From contig CP084166.1 in assembly GCA_021513695.1 (NCBI GenBank), positions 992,001 to 1,056,000 on the forward strand: DNA of 64,000 nucleotides. Direction: 5' to 3'. Made by a program: the position numbers and the translations under genes. The number at the start of each line of letters is the position of its first letter. Position 1 is the first letter of the stretch. This DNA comes from Candidatus Heimdallarchaeum aukensis. Its GTDB lineage: Archaea; Asgardarchaeota; Heimdallarchaeia; Heimdallarchaeales; Heimdallarchaeaceae. Below, piece by piece: positions 29,463-38,901 of this stretch. Below the pieces are notes generated by a model. It ran no database searches, was not told where the DNA came from, and saw nothing but the letters and a program-made list of their open reading frames with translations.

Positions 29463-30686
29463 TTAAACTGGTCTACTTTTTCCAATACTTCTGTATTCAC
29501 AGTTATTGTCAAGAAGAATTGGAATCTCTCTCATTTCAGTTATACATTCATGAATTGGGTATAATTCTATAGTTGTAGTACCAAATCCTTTCTTAATTTG
29601 AATTGCATGCTCAAAATTATCAGCATTCTCTAAAGCTACCTCTAATATTGATTTATGTAATTCTCTTCCACAAATGTCACATTTAAAGTAAATTTGCTTA
29701 TTGATCTTGGTTTCTAATTGTTCTTTGTTTAATATGTTATGAGATTCGAAAAAGGTAATCAATTTATCTTTAACCTTTATTTTAGCAACAGAGATGACTT
29801 CTTCTGTTTTGAACATTTTTCTCATTTGATCACAAATTTCATGAAAAGTAGAAATCTGCTGATTTAACTGTTCTTGCGAAGAAAAAACTGAAGTAATGAC
29901 AAGGTCTTCTTCGATTTCTCTAATAAATATCCTTGAGTCACTCAAAGAAAAGACAATATAATTCAAATCAAGACTAGGTGAGTAGATCTTAACTAGTTCA
30001 GAGCGTAATCTGGAAAGATTGAGATTAACTTCTTTTTCTGGTTCAGAGTATAAAACCAAACCTTTGGAAGTTGATAGGGTTAGAAGATTTAGATTATATT
30101 CTGATACTATCTCTTGAATGTTAGAAGCTTTTGTTAGGTCTCTAGGATAAACAACAGAAAAAATTCTTTGCATTGCATCCCATATATTCTCTTCAAAGAT
30201 AGAAGTTTCATAGATTTCAGAATTGGGATACTTGCTCAACTCAAAAATATCTTTAATTGAACGTGTAATAGCAGCCCTTTTGTCAACAGGAACAACATCC
30301 ATTTTATGGGCGAAAACATAGATTCTAGCGCTAGAACCAATTTTTTTAAGATTATCCAAAGTAAGATCAAAATAATATTTAGAACGCATGATGTTAGAAG
30401 CATCAGAAATATCAACAACATAAATCAAAGCTTTAAGGTCACTAAAAGTTCTTTCAGTATATTTCTCAAAAAGCTCATTTAAATAAGAAGATTGACCTCC
30501 TACATCAACAAGATTAATAGAACTTCCTGCAAAATTGAAAAGCTTACGATTAATTCGAACTGTAGCAGGATTAAGAGAAGTTGCTTGAGGAGCAAAGCCT
30601 TCAAAAACAACTTGACGAATAGAAGTTTTACCAGATTGAGATAACCCCAGAATAACAATTTTTGATTGAAGTGAACGATCATTCAT
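29463..30686 (-). CDS. Rag/Gtr-like GTPase with a C-terminal roadblock-type domain and a zinc finger
   Basis: G1 VILGLSQSGKTS, G3 LVDVGGQ and G4 FAHKMD. The C-terminus carries CDICGRELH...HEC. It is convergent with, and abuts, the other Rag-like gene. Confidence 0.7.
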   Translation of the reverse strand: MNDRSLQSKIVILGLSQSGKTSIRQVVFEGFAPQATSLNPATVRINRKLFNFAGSSINLVDVGGQSSYLNELFEKYTERTFSDLKALIYVVDISDASNIMRSKYYFDLTLDNLKKIGSSARIYVFAHKMDVVPVDKRAAITRSIKDIFELSKYPNSEIYETSIFEENIWDAMQRIFSVVYPRDLTKASNIQEIVSEYNLNLLTLSTSKGLVLYSEPEKEVNLNLSRLRSELVKIYSPSLDLNYIVFSLSDSRIFIREIEEDLVITSVFSSQEQLNQQISTFHEICDQMRKMFKTEEVISVAKIKVKDKLITFFESHNILNKEQLETKINKQIYFKCDICGRELHKSILEVALENADNFEHAIQIKKGFGTTTIELYPIHECITEMREIPILLDNNCEYRSIGKSRPV

Positions 30687-31174
30687 TATATAATAATTAA
30701 ATCATACGAACTTAAAAAAGTGATTATTATCAAATTTATTTTGCAAAAAAAAGTAATTTCTATTATTCTTTATGCTAAAGGGTATTTGGAAATAAAACAT
30801 GCTTATTACACCCTATTCAAAAATTCAAACTAGTACTTAAAATAACTAAAATAATTTTAGTAAAAGTGAATTTAACATCTATCTAAATCTTAATAAAATT
30901 TTAACATTGTTTGAATTCGGTGGCAAAAAATGGGTGAATACGTTTGTCTACAAAGATTTTATGAATAATAAAGTATTCTCACTTAGCAGACCCACTAAAA
31001 AGCCACAGCAGTATTTTTCTAGCTACTTGGAGTTAATAGGTAATACACCTTTAGTTTTTTTGAATAAGGTGAGTAAAGCTATTAACCACGAACTCTATGA
31101 TTTACTTTTTTACGTAAAGTTTTTCGCGCTCTGTCTTGCAAGAGAGAAAACAAGTAAAAGTTTAATCTCTTGAA

Positions 31175-32995
31175 CTCAACCAAGCCATACAATGCTATGA
31201 AGAGGATGAGACAGACATCATACACGAATCGTGGGAATCATAAAGAAGAAAAGAACTAAAAACTCTTTTCTTCACTCCACGAGAGACAAAAAGAAAGAAA
31301 GATTTCCTCCTCCTACAGGAGAGAATTTGTCCTTTCGTTTTTGTCTACTGGGACTGCAACCAATGGCTGAGCCCTAGGCAAACAGTGAAATGGGTAGAAC
31401 TGTATCTTTGACCAGTGAGGTAATCAGTGATAGTGTTTCCTTGAGGACTGAAAAGAGCACCAAGGAACTTACGAGCGATATTCATTGCTCCTGTGAGGTC
31501 AGAGTGGAAAGTGTAATTGCAAGAAGAACAATGAACTAAACCTCTTACTGGACGGACAACTTTCCTTCCACAACGAGCACAGTGAGAAGATGTCCCTTTT
31601 TCCTCTATCGTTAATATTCGGTGAGGGTCAAAACCTCTTAATATTAGTGCCCGACGGAGAAGAGTAAGAACAAGGTAAAAATTCCACTGATGAAGTTTCC
31701 TGCGAAACTTACGAGTACTTTTACCTTTCTCTTTTCCTTTCTCCTCGCGAACATGTTTAGGGTAACCTACAACGACGAAAAGGTCATACATTCGCGCATA
31801 GGTCTCTATCGTCTGCACAACCTCACTTACAAATTGGTAAATATAGGCTCGTTTAACGTTTCTATATCTTCTTCGAAGAAGACTAAGAAAACGATAAACT
31901 TGATGTTTTTTACCCGACTGGTCGTTTAAAGCTGCTTTTCTCTGAAGACGGGAAAGTTTGACTTTATATCGATGGTTGACTCTATTCCACTGTTTGGTAT
32001 GCCAGAATTTTATCTCCTTACTTGTTAATTTCTTTTTAGGGGTTAGTAACACTCCTGCAGCAGGAATGTTTATCCCTAGATCTATTCCCAGCACAGCTGG
32101 GGGGAGAGAAGAAGAATTCTCTTCTTTAGGAGGATAAAAAGAAGAAGGAAGAACTCTTAGTTGGAAATACACCCACCATTCATGTGTAGAACGTTTATAT
32201 CTTAGTTCTAAACTTTTCACCCTCCCTTTTTTTAACTCTTTCTGGTGGAAAGTGCTCATCTCTAAAGGTAACCATAACTTCTGATGATAGGAGGTGTTTC
32301 TTCTCCACGTATCTAACGAGTCTCTTATCCCCACCCACCAACGAGTGAGAGTGTTATTCTTCTCTTTAGGTAAATGGACGAGAACGAACCTCTTTGCATT
32401 AATTAGTTGTCTTCTCACTCTCTTTATTGGAGGACGAGTAGAACTGGGTTTATAACCTTGTTCGTATAATTGCACAGCTATATCTCTACATTCTTGAAAT
32501 TCGTTGTGGGAACAATAAGGGAACATTTTCTTCAGGTCGTGAGGAACAGTCTTTCTTCTCTCTTCTTCTTTAACTTTTGAAGTCGTTAGCGTCAATTCAT
32601 CTAGTTTTCCTCTATGAACTCTTATTTTCCCTTTTTTAGTTTTAGCACATATTTTTCTTCTGTTGTGATGAATTATTCTCACATACTTCTCTATTATCCT
32701 CGTGTCTCTCCCCGTTATTCTCCTTAACCTTTCCTTTTTCCTCGTCGTCAACACCTCATTCTTTATTCTCACTTTCAAGGTTTTGACGACGTCCTCCACC
32801 ATTCTTTTCCTTCCTTCTTTTCTTTTTCTGTTTATTTTTTCTCTTGTTTTTTCTTCTTATCTTTTTTTATTCTACTTTTTTTCCCTATAAAAACCCCTCT
32901 CCTCTTTCTCCTCTCCTTTCTTCTCTTTTTTCTCTCCTTCTTCCTCAACAACTGTAAATTACGTGAAAAATAGACACATGGTGACACAGGAAAAA
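31175..32995 (-). mobile_element. IS200/IS605-family TnpB-only element: leader, tnpB and a 3' flank that may encode a guide RNA
   Basis: The upstream leader on the gene strand (32803-32990 on +) is purine-rich and carries ctataaaaacccc. That sequence is homologous to the leader of the first element (cttactttttttccctat..aaaaccc shared). The 3' flank at 31175-31345 shares tctttctttcttt and gtggagtgaaga with the first element. Confidence 0.55.
31345..32802 (-). CDS. tnpB: TnpB (IS605 OrfB-family RNA-guided nuclease homolog), apparently intact
   Basis: RuvC-I is AVLGIDLGINIPAAG, the zinc finger is HCARCGRKV...CSSCNYTF and RuvC-III is HSDLTGAMNIARKF. The RuvC-II position reads VVVGYPKHV, with no Glu at the canonical position. 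The other copy has the same change, so it may be a family feature. Confidence 0.75.
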   Translation of the reverse strand: MVEDVVKTLKVRIKNEVLTTRKKERLRRITGRDTRIIEKYVRIIHHNRRKICAKTKKGKIRVHRGKLDELTLTTSKVKEEERRKTVPHDLKKMFPYCSHNEFQECRDIAVQLYEQGYKPSSTRPPIKRVRRQLINAKRFVLVHLPKEKNNTLTRWWVGIRDSLDTWRRNTSYHQKLWLPLEMSTFHQKELKKGRVKSLELRYKRSTHEWWVYFQLRVLPSSFYPPKEENSSSLPPAVLGIDLGINIPAAGVLLTPKKKLTSKEIKFWHTKQWNRVNHRYKVKLSRLQRKAALNDQSGKKHQVYRFLSLLRRRYRNVKRAYIYQFVSEVVQTIETYARMYDLFVVVGYPKHVREEKGKEKGKSTRKFRRKLHQWNFYLVLTLLRRALILRGFDPHRILTIEEKGTSSHCARCGRKVVRPVRGLVHCSSCNYTFHSDLTGAMNIARKFLGALFSPQGNTITDYLTGQRYSSTHFTVCLGLSHWLQSQ

Positions 32996-33000
32996 TAAAA

Positions 33001-34553
33001 TGGAAATTTAAAACTGGGGGATCAATAAGAGCATCTCCAGCTCTAGGAGATCTTAACAATGATGGCTATCTGGATATAGTTATAGGGTCTTCTGATTCTT
33101 ATTACTATGCATTTAATGGAAGAACTAGGACAATCCTCTGGACACTCAAGACAGAACTAATAATAGGGGGAACTGCTCCAACATTGGCAGACGTTGATGG
33201 GGATAACGAACTAGATGTCCTACTTAATGGTAAAAATGTGTATCTTGTTGGAGGAAGAAAGGGCAATTTAATCTCTATTTATAATCAAAATGAAGAGGTT
33301 GGAACTTCTATCACTGTTGGTGATTTGGATAATGATGGCAGTTTTGAGATGATATATGGTTCCAAAAGTGGAAACGTTTTTTGTTATACGATTACTAATT
33401 CTGATAAAACAAGTTATAGGATCTATTGGCAGGGGGATGGTGGTGATTTCTTCAATTCTGGAAACAGTTTTACAATAGATAAAGATGGAGATACTGTTTC
33501 TACTTTCTCTGAAAAAATTATTGGAACAGACCCAGAAAAAAGGATACGGATGGAGATTTTCTTATAGATGGATATGAAATATCTGCTACTAAAACAGACC
33601 CCTTAGTTCAAGATTCAGATAATAATAATATCGGAGACCAGAATGAAGATTTTGATGGTGATGGGTTAACAAACCTAGAAGAATATAAGAAAAAAACAGA
33701 TCCTTTGAGTAGAGACACAGATGAAGATTTTATACCAGATAAAATTGATATTTTCCCAATTTTGTTTCCAGAAGGTTTAATTTATCTCTCTCTATTCTTT
33801 CTTTTATCAATATTAATAGTTTCTACAATAGTAAAAAAGAGAATAGAAAATAAAGGCGATAAAAATGAAAGTCTTATTCTTAAATTTAAAATGAAAAGAA
33901 ATCAAATATTATCAGAGATATCTTGGAAAGGCTCTTATAATAATTACAAAAGTGTTCATTTACAAGCTTTTAGATGGTTTGGAATTTTTGCTATTTCATC
34001 TGCAATAATGATTAATTTTATCATTTATCCACTTTTTAAAACAGAAATTGTTTACCATGATATTGTAAAAACAAGCTATTCTACAGTTATCTATGTTTTA
34101 ATTAATGTTATTTATTTTGCGTTATTTTATTTATTAGGTTCTGGTTTTTACTCGCTAGGGTTTTCAAGTAATGGAGTAACTTTTAGCTATGATTCTATTG
34201 CTACAAACTTGTTTCTTTCTTCTCTTATCATTTTAAGCATTTCTTTCGTAAAAGTATCAATAAACTTAATTTTACTTCCAATTTTAACTTATTTACTTAC
34301 ATCTGCTTTCATCACACTTTATAATATACGAAAGGAAAAGATTACTAATAGTAATAATCTCTTAAACTTTGTTTTCATCCTTTTTCCAATATCTTTTCTA
34401 TCTCTTTTATGGTATCAAACGCTTTCTTTCTATTTTGCTATTCCACAACAAATTTTGAGGATAATTTCTTTGATAACAGGAGTGTTAATGTTTCTTCTAG
34501 CACTAGAAATCTTTACATTATCTACTCTGAATTCTCGTGAAAAAACAAAATAA
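33001..34553 (+). pseudogene. FG-GAP repeat + thrombospondin-type-3-like (DxDxDG) repeat + polytopic membrane domain gene. It is interrupted by a frameshift in an A7 run and lacks an in-frame start next to the IS leader
   Basis: The frame is open from a stop at 32971 and reads WKFKTGGSIRASPALGDLNNDGYLDIVIGS... (FG-GAP). At cagaaaaaaggatacggatgg (about 33536-33556) the reading shifts. It then continues DTDGDFLIDGYEISATKTDPLVQDSDNNNIGDQNEDFDGDGLTNLEEYKKKTDPLSRDTDEDF... into the listed ORF 33705..34553, which has 7 or more TM helices. Confidence 0.5.
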
Positions 34554-34990
34554 AGAGCATTTGAAATCTAACAATTCTAGTACTCCTTTCTAATTTTTTT
34601 ATCTCACATAGATAATAGTTAGTTGTAATGTTTGAAAACAGGTTGTGAATAAAGTAATAATAGCTCCTCTGTCATTGATTATGCAATAAGTATAATCTTC
34701 CATATTCTTGACATTACATCTTATCTCTCAAATATGATTATCTATATGAACTCATTTCTTTAAACAAACTATCTTCATTTGCTTATTTTTGTAAATAGTA
34801 CATAATTTCCTATTATTAAGACAACAAAAATCTCCTAAAAAGTTCGGTAATACATGATTGAAAGAAGTCGATTGATGGAGAAATCCTGGTGATTAACTTC
34901 TTGAGAGATACTAATTAATTATTTTCGAGCAAATGCTCAAGAAAATGATTATTCTTCTTGGAACTCTTTAAACTACAAGACAGAGTAATT

Positions 34991-36031
34991 TTATGCTCTT
35001 TCACATTTATTTTTTTCATTATTTTCTACAATACATAGTTCTAGAAGTATATCATACGTTTTTATCATCTCTCTCATAGTTTTTAACATTATTGGGTAAA
35101 GACGCATAATACTATGATTCTTTGTATATTTATAATCTGAATGATAATTAGGATAACGCGAAGCACCAACATGTTTTTCCAAATTCATGCTTAAAATAAC
35201 TATATATGCAAACAGTAGTATAAGATAAAGATAACTTTCTATTTGTACTAACCAATCTTCTTTCTGAATTTGTGTGATAAATTCTTCTCTCAACATTCTT
35301 CGCTCATCAGTTTGCAATTTGATATTATATTCTTGTTCGATTGTTTGAATGACATAGTCTGTTATGCTAATGAACTCTTCTTTCACAATTTTATCAAAAT
35401 TTTCTTTTCTTATGGATTTTATTCCTTTCCTAAATAATGAAAACAGCTTGTTGTATTTAATTAATATTTCCTTTAATGTAGTGTGTTCAAGATACAGAGT
35501 TTCTTCTGATTTCCTTTTTTGCTCATAATCACTCAAATATTTATCAATTGCTTCTATAATGCTTAAAAATCCTTCTCTTTGGTTATCATTAGAATAATCA
35601 GCTAAAGATTCATAGAGATCTTTTAGTTTTTCGAAGAAGAATTTAGTAAAAGTATGTCCAACTTTTATAAGCCGTTCAGTTTGACACAGTCCAGTAAGTA
35701 GAAGTAGTGATTTTCCTAATTTCTCAACAGATTGTTGGAGGAAGAAAATAGACTGTGCATATAGTTTCTTGTGATATAGAATTTTTGAAGCTCTTAAATC
35801 CTCTTCAGCAGTATCTAACAGTCCTAAAGCTGATATTAAATCTCTCTTTTCTGGTGGGATCTCATACTGTGATCCATATTTTAATTGCCATATTAATTGC
35901 CTTTTGATATCTTCTATATCTGTTTCTTGTAATGCAATTTTGTCATTATTATCATTCATTAAATAGCACTGATGGTTAATATTTAAATAATTAATGGCAA
36001 CTATTATCATAATGCAATAAAAATCGAGCAT
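34991..36031 (-). CDS. HEPN-domain protein
   Basis: ASKILYHKKLYAQSIFFLQQSVEKLGKSLL is a HEPN N-terminal helix, and ERLIKVGH is an Rx5H motif. The likely true start is the internal MNDNNDK at about 35959. There is a C-terminal hydrophobic segment. Confidence 0.5.
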   Translation of the reverse strand: MLDFYCIMIIVAINYLNINHQCYLMNDNNDKIALQETDIEDIKRQLIWQLKYGSQYEIPPEKRDLISALGLLDTAEEDLRASKILYHKKLYAQSIFFLQQSVEKLGKSLLLLTGLCQTERLIKVGHTFTKFFFEKLKDLYESLADYSNDNQREGFLSIIEAIDKYLSDYEQKRKSEETLYLEHTTLKEILIKYNKLFSLFRKGIKSIRKENFDKIVKEEFISITDYVIQTIEQEYNIKLQTDERRMLREEFITQIQKEDWLVQIESYLYLILLFAYIVILSMNLEKHVGASRYPNYHSDYKYTKNHSIMRLYPIMLKTMREMIKTYDILLELCIVENNEKNKCERA

Positions 36032-36183
36032 CTGCTCTTTAAAATGAGAAACTATTTTATATTAAAAACTCTTAATTGGTTTTAAAACATGATAATTAAA
36101 GAAAAAAGAATAATTAAATCCTTCTATTTAACTATAAGGAGGAGTAAATAAACATAAAAAAATTGTGAGTAGAAGGGAAATAT

Positions 36184-37419
36184 ATGTCATTTAATTTTGA
36201 AGTTAAAAATACAATTGCATCCTTAAGGCAATCAAGGTTGAAGCTTGGCAATGTAGAAATAGAAACACCAAATTATATAATGACACATATTGAAACTAGA
36301 CGACTTACTACAGGGTATAATCTTGTTGGGAGTCGTGAGCCTAACCCAAAACTGAATGAATTAATTAGTGATCATATACCTGATAGATTAACTGCACAAA
36401 AAATATTTGAAAACTCCGATGAAATAGAAAAATTATGTAACAAGCTAGATAACTTGACTAAATCTGATCGGATGAATTTTGTTCAATTTCGTTTGAAGGC
36501 TGGAAATGAAATTAGCAAATATGAATTATGTCAAATTGTTAGGTTGCAGTCTGATATGAACAAATTTTCCATTATAACAATACCTGATCCTACTTGTTCA
36601 TATAATAACTCTTGGATTGATTCTATGGAAGCAGCTCTCTATGAGGCTAAGGTTTCACAAGAAGTTGGAACATCGGAACTATTTATGCCTACTGTTTCGC
36701 TTGCTCAGCCTTTATTGGATGTGGAAAAGAAAATTTCGTGGTTAATAGATAAGCAAGTTCCATCCATTGGATTAAGAGCACACGGGCCACATTTTCCAGC
36801 TACTTTGCACAAATCAACAAATCTGATTACACAATCAGATAATCCGATTTGGATTCATCTGTTTGACTTATCCAAAAAATATAAGAATGTGTCCCAACTG
36901 CATTTGGCACCTTTGACAAGTGTTGATACTATTTCCTTGAAAAAAAAACATGGGTATAGCAGCAGCAAGAAAAATATTATGGATGGTTTATTGCCAACAC
37001 CAGAGAATATATCTTTAGAACCAACTGCTAGGGAAATAGAAGAACAAAAGGTCAGAGAGATAAAGCGTAGTCAACGGTTTTTGTTTGAGCAATTAGCTTT
37101 AGGTTACATTTCTATAAATGAGCGGACTAAATGGATTGGTCATGAACTTTCTTGTACTTGTCCCATTTGTAAAAAGACAAAAGATATAGATACCTTTAGG
37201 ATTTATCTCTCAACACATGATAAAAACTCACTTCTACAAGTGCATGAATATACTGGTTTTAACCAGGAAATGTTGGCAATTAGAAAAAATATTAGGGATA
37301 ATGATATCTCAGAGTATTTTAGACAAAAAATATTAGTAAAACGACATAGACGCAAACTATCTAAAAGATATCCTGAGCTTGAAAGGTTTATTAATCCGCC
37401 TTTAGATAGTTACTTCTGA
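36184..37419 (+). CDS. Divergent tRNA-guanine transglycosylase (TGT) family protein (ArcTGT/DpdA-like)
   Basis: The N-terminus MSFNFEVKNTIASLRQSRLKLGNVEIETPNYIMT parallels archaeal TGT (FEIK..GR.G.L....IETP..MPV). Candidate catalytic Asp residues sit in QSDMNKF and HLFDLS. The zinc site is ELSCTCPICKKT...H, followed by LLQVHEY. About 100 aa of C-terminal extension are basic. Confidence 0.6.
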   Translation: MSFNFEVKNTIASLRQSRLKLGNVEIETPNYIMTHIETRRLTTGYNLVGSREPNPKLNELISDHIPDRLTAQKIFENSDEIEKLCNKLDNLTKSDRMNFVQFRLKAGNEISKYELCQIVRLQSDMNKFSIITIPDPTCSYNNSWIDSMEAALYEAKVSQEVGTSELFMPTVSLAQPLLDVEKKISWLIDKQVPSIGLRAHGPHFPATLHKSTNLITQSDNPIWIHLFDLSKKYKNVSQLHLAPLTSVDTISLKKKHGYSSSKKNIMDGLLPTPENISLEPTAREIEEQKVREIKRSQRFLFEQLALGYISINERTKWIGHELSCTCPICKKTKDIDTFRIYLSTHDKNSLLQVHEYTGFNQEMLAIRKNIRDNDISEYFRQKILVKRHRRKLSKRYPELERFINPPLDSYF

Positions 37420-37447
37420 GATATTTATCCAAGAAAAGGTGATATAA

Positions 37448-38059
37448 ATGAATCAAAAAGCGACAAAAAATATGTCGGAAGAAGAAAATAAAATGATAAA
37501 AAAATGGATCTATTTAATGTTAGCTGCAGATAACAATAGTTCAATCAAAGGAAAAGTTAGAATAACTAAAGAATTCTTTTTGATTACCAAGCAGTTAGCT
37601 CCTGAAGTATTTAAGGCAGCTCAATTCTATCCTTATCACTTTGGGCCTTATAGTACTCGTTTTGCTGTTTGTGTTAACGAACTGATTAAAAGTAATCATA
37701 TTAATATATTGTATAAAAGTGGAGATTATCATTATGAGTTGTCAAAAAAAGGTTTAGTTGAAGCTAAAAAATATTTGAAAACAATCCCTAAGAAAGAAAA
37801 ACAAGTAATTGATGATATTAAGAAAAAAAGTAAGTCTCAATCTTTAAAATCAATGTTAAAAGAAATTTACGAAAAATATCCTAAGTATACAGTTCGTTCT
37901 GTTATTAAAGCAGATCTTGATACTAAAAAAGTAAACTTAGATTCTGTAGAAAAAGTAGATGATAGTTCAGGGTTTGTTTCAAGTGATATGAAACATGAAC
38001 GTGACATCGTCTTGAAAGGTGAAGCTGCAAAAAGATTTCTAGAAATAATCTCAAAGTGA
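37448..38059 (+). CDS. Hypothetical protein, candidate antitoxin for the downstream GNAT toxin
   Basis: It ends 7 nt before the GNAT toxin. Its C-terminus ERDIVLKGEAAKRFLEIISK resembles the toxin-binding C-terminal helix of DUF1778 (TacA/AtaR) antitoxins. At 203 aa it is much longer than typical. Confidence 0.4.
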   Translation: MNQKATKNMSEEENKMIKKWIYLMLAADNNSSIKGKVRITKEFFLITKQLAPEVFKAAQFYPYHFGPYSTRFAVCVNELIKSNHINILYKSGDYHYELSKKGLVEAKKYLKTIPKKEKQVIDDIKKKSKSQSLKSMLKEIYEKYPKYTVRSVIKADLDTKKVNLDSVEKVDDSSGFVSSDMKHERDIVLKGEAAKRFLEIISK

Positions 38060-38066
38060 TACATCA

Positions 38067-38570
38067 ATGACTAGTCATGAAGTAGAGTATAAAATTGAGA
38101 AACTAAATATATCTCATACTCTATTAGACTTTGATTGTGGTGATGAAAACGTTAATGAGTATTTTAATCAGAGAAGCTATGAAGAAGTTGAATTAGGTAA
38201 TGCTCAAATTTATGTGTTTATACTTGTGAATACAAATGACCTCATAGGTTTCTATACGCTTTCAATGAAATCTGTTCGTTTTAACTATGAAGGAAGAGAA
38301 TATGATCAACCTGTGTGTTTGCTTGGGCAAATTGGAGTAAATAAAATTTTCCAAAATAAAGGTTGGGGAACAATATTAATTAAAGATGCAAAGAAGAGAT
38401 GTAAAAAAATCTCAGAAGATATTGGAAGCATTGGTTTATTATTGGAAACATATAAAGAAGAATTAGTGAACGGGTTTTTCAAGAAACTTGGTTTCGAATA
38501 TGTTGAACATCACAAAATGAAAAACCGAGGTACAAGATATAGATTGTTTTGCAAACATGAACATGAATAG
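38067..38570 (+). CDS. GNAT-family toxin of the AtaT/TacT/KacT type (aminoacyl-tRNA acetyltransferase toxin family)
   Basis: LLDFDCGDENVNEYFNQRSYEEVELGNAQIYVFILVNTNDLIGFYTLSMKSVRF, then LLGQIGVNKIFQNKGWGTILIKDA, then IGLLLETYKEELVNGFFKKLGFEYV. These align block by block with AtaT (F.CG.e.Ln.fL / vGyYtL / QGqGwG / LGF). Confidence 0.7.
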   Translation: MTSHEVEYKIEKLNISHTLLDFDCGDENVNEYFNQRSYEEVELGNAQIYVFILVNTNDLIGFYTLSMKSVRFNYEGREYDQPVCLLGQIGVNKIFQNKGWGTILIKDAKKRCKKISEDIGSIGLLLETYKEELVNGFFKKLGFEYVEHHKMKNRGTRYRLFCKHEHE

Positions 38571-38625
38571 AAAAAGGAGAAATGGATATAAAACAGCTTA
38601 CTCTATTTAAAGCTTAAAGCTATTT

Positions 38626-38666
38626 TTGAATATTATTCTTTACTTTTTTCTAGCTCTAATCCTCTC
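38626..38666. repeat. Copy A of a 41-bp dispersed repeat (IS/tnpB-leader-related)
   Basis: ttgaatattattctttacttttttctagctctaatcctctc differs from copy B at 41085-41125 by three transitions. The core tattctttacttttttc also appears in both tnpB leaders. Confidence 0.7.
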
Positions 38667-38901
38667 TTCTTGTTTAATTACTGTAAGTATAATTACTTGT
38701 TCGAGTGTAAGATTGTTGAAGTTCAGTTCAGTACCTAAATCATCCAAAAAAATAGTTATTTAATAGGAATTTATATTTAACTCGAAAAAATCCCATTTTT
38801 AATATTTCTTTATGAAAGTATTTTCAATAAACGGAAAGTTTGCTACAAGAACTCGAAGAGTTTTCTATTACTATTGCAATCCTTCTTTTTTAAAATGTAA
38901 T

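Noticed and set aside
30907-31173. 88-aa plus-strand ORF between the Rag-like GTPase and tnpB-2
   Set aside because: It starts on an alternative codon and has low-complexity AT-rich composition. It overlaps the expected tnpB guide-RNA/right-end region on the other strand and has no protein-like motifs.
32702-33059. Two short ORFs (62 aa F/L-rich on + and 75 aa K/R-rich on -) across the tnpB-2 leader
   Set aside because: Both are readings of the pyrimidine/purine-rich low-complexity leader. Composition-driven, no protein-like features.
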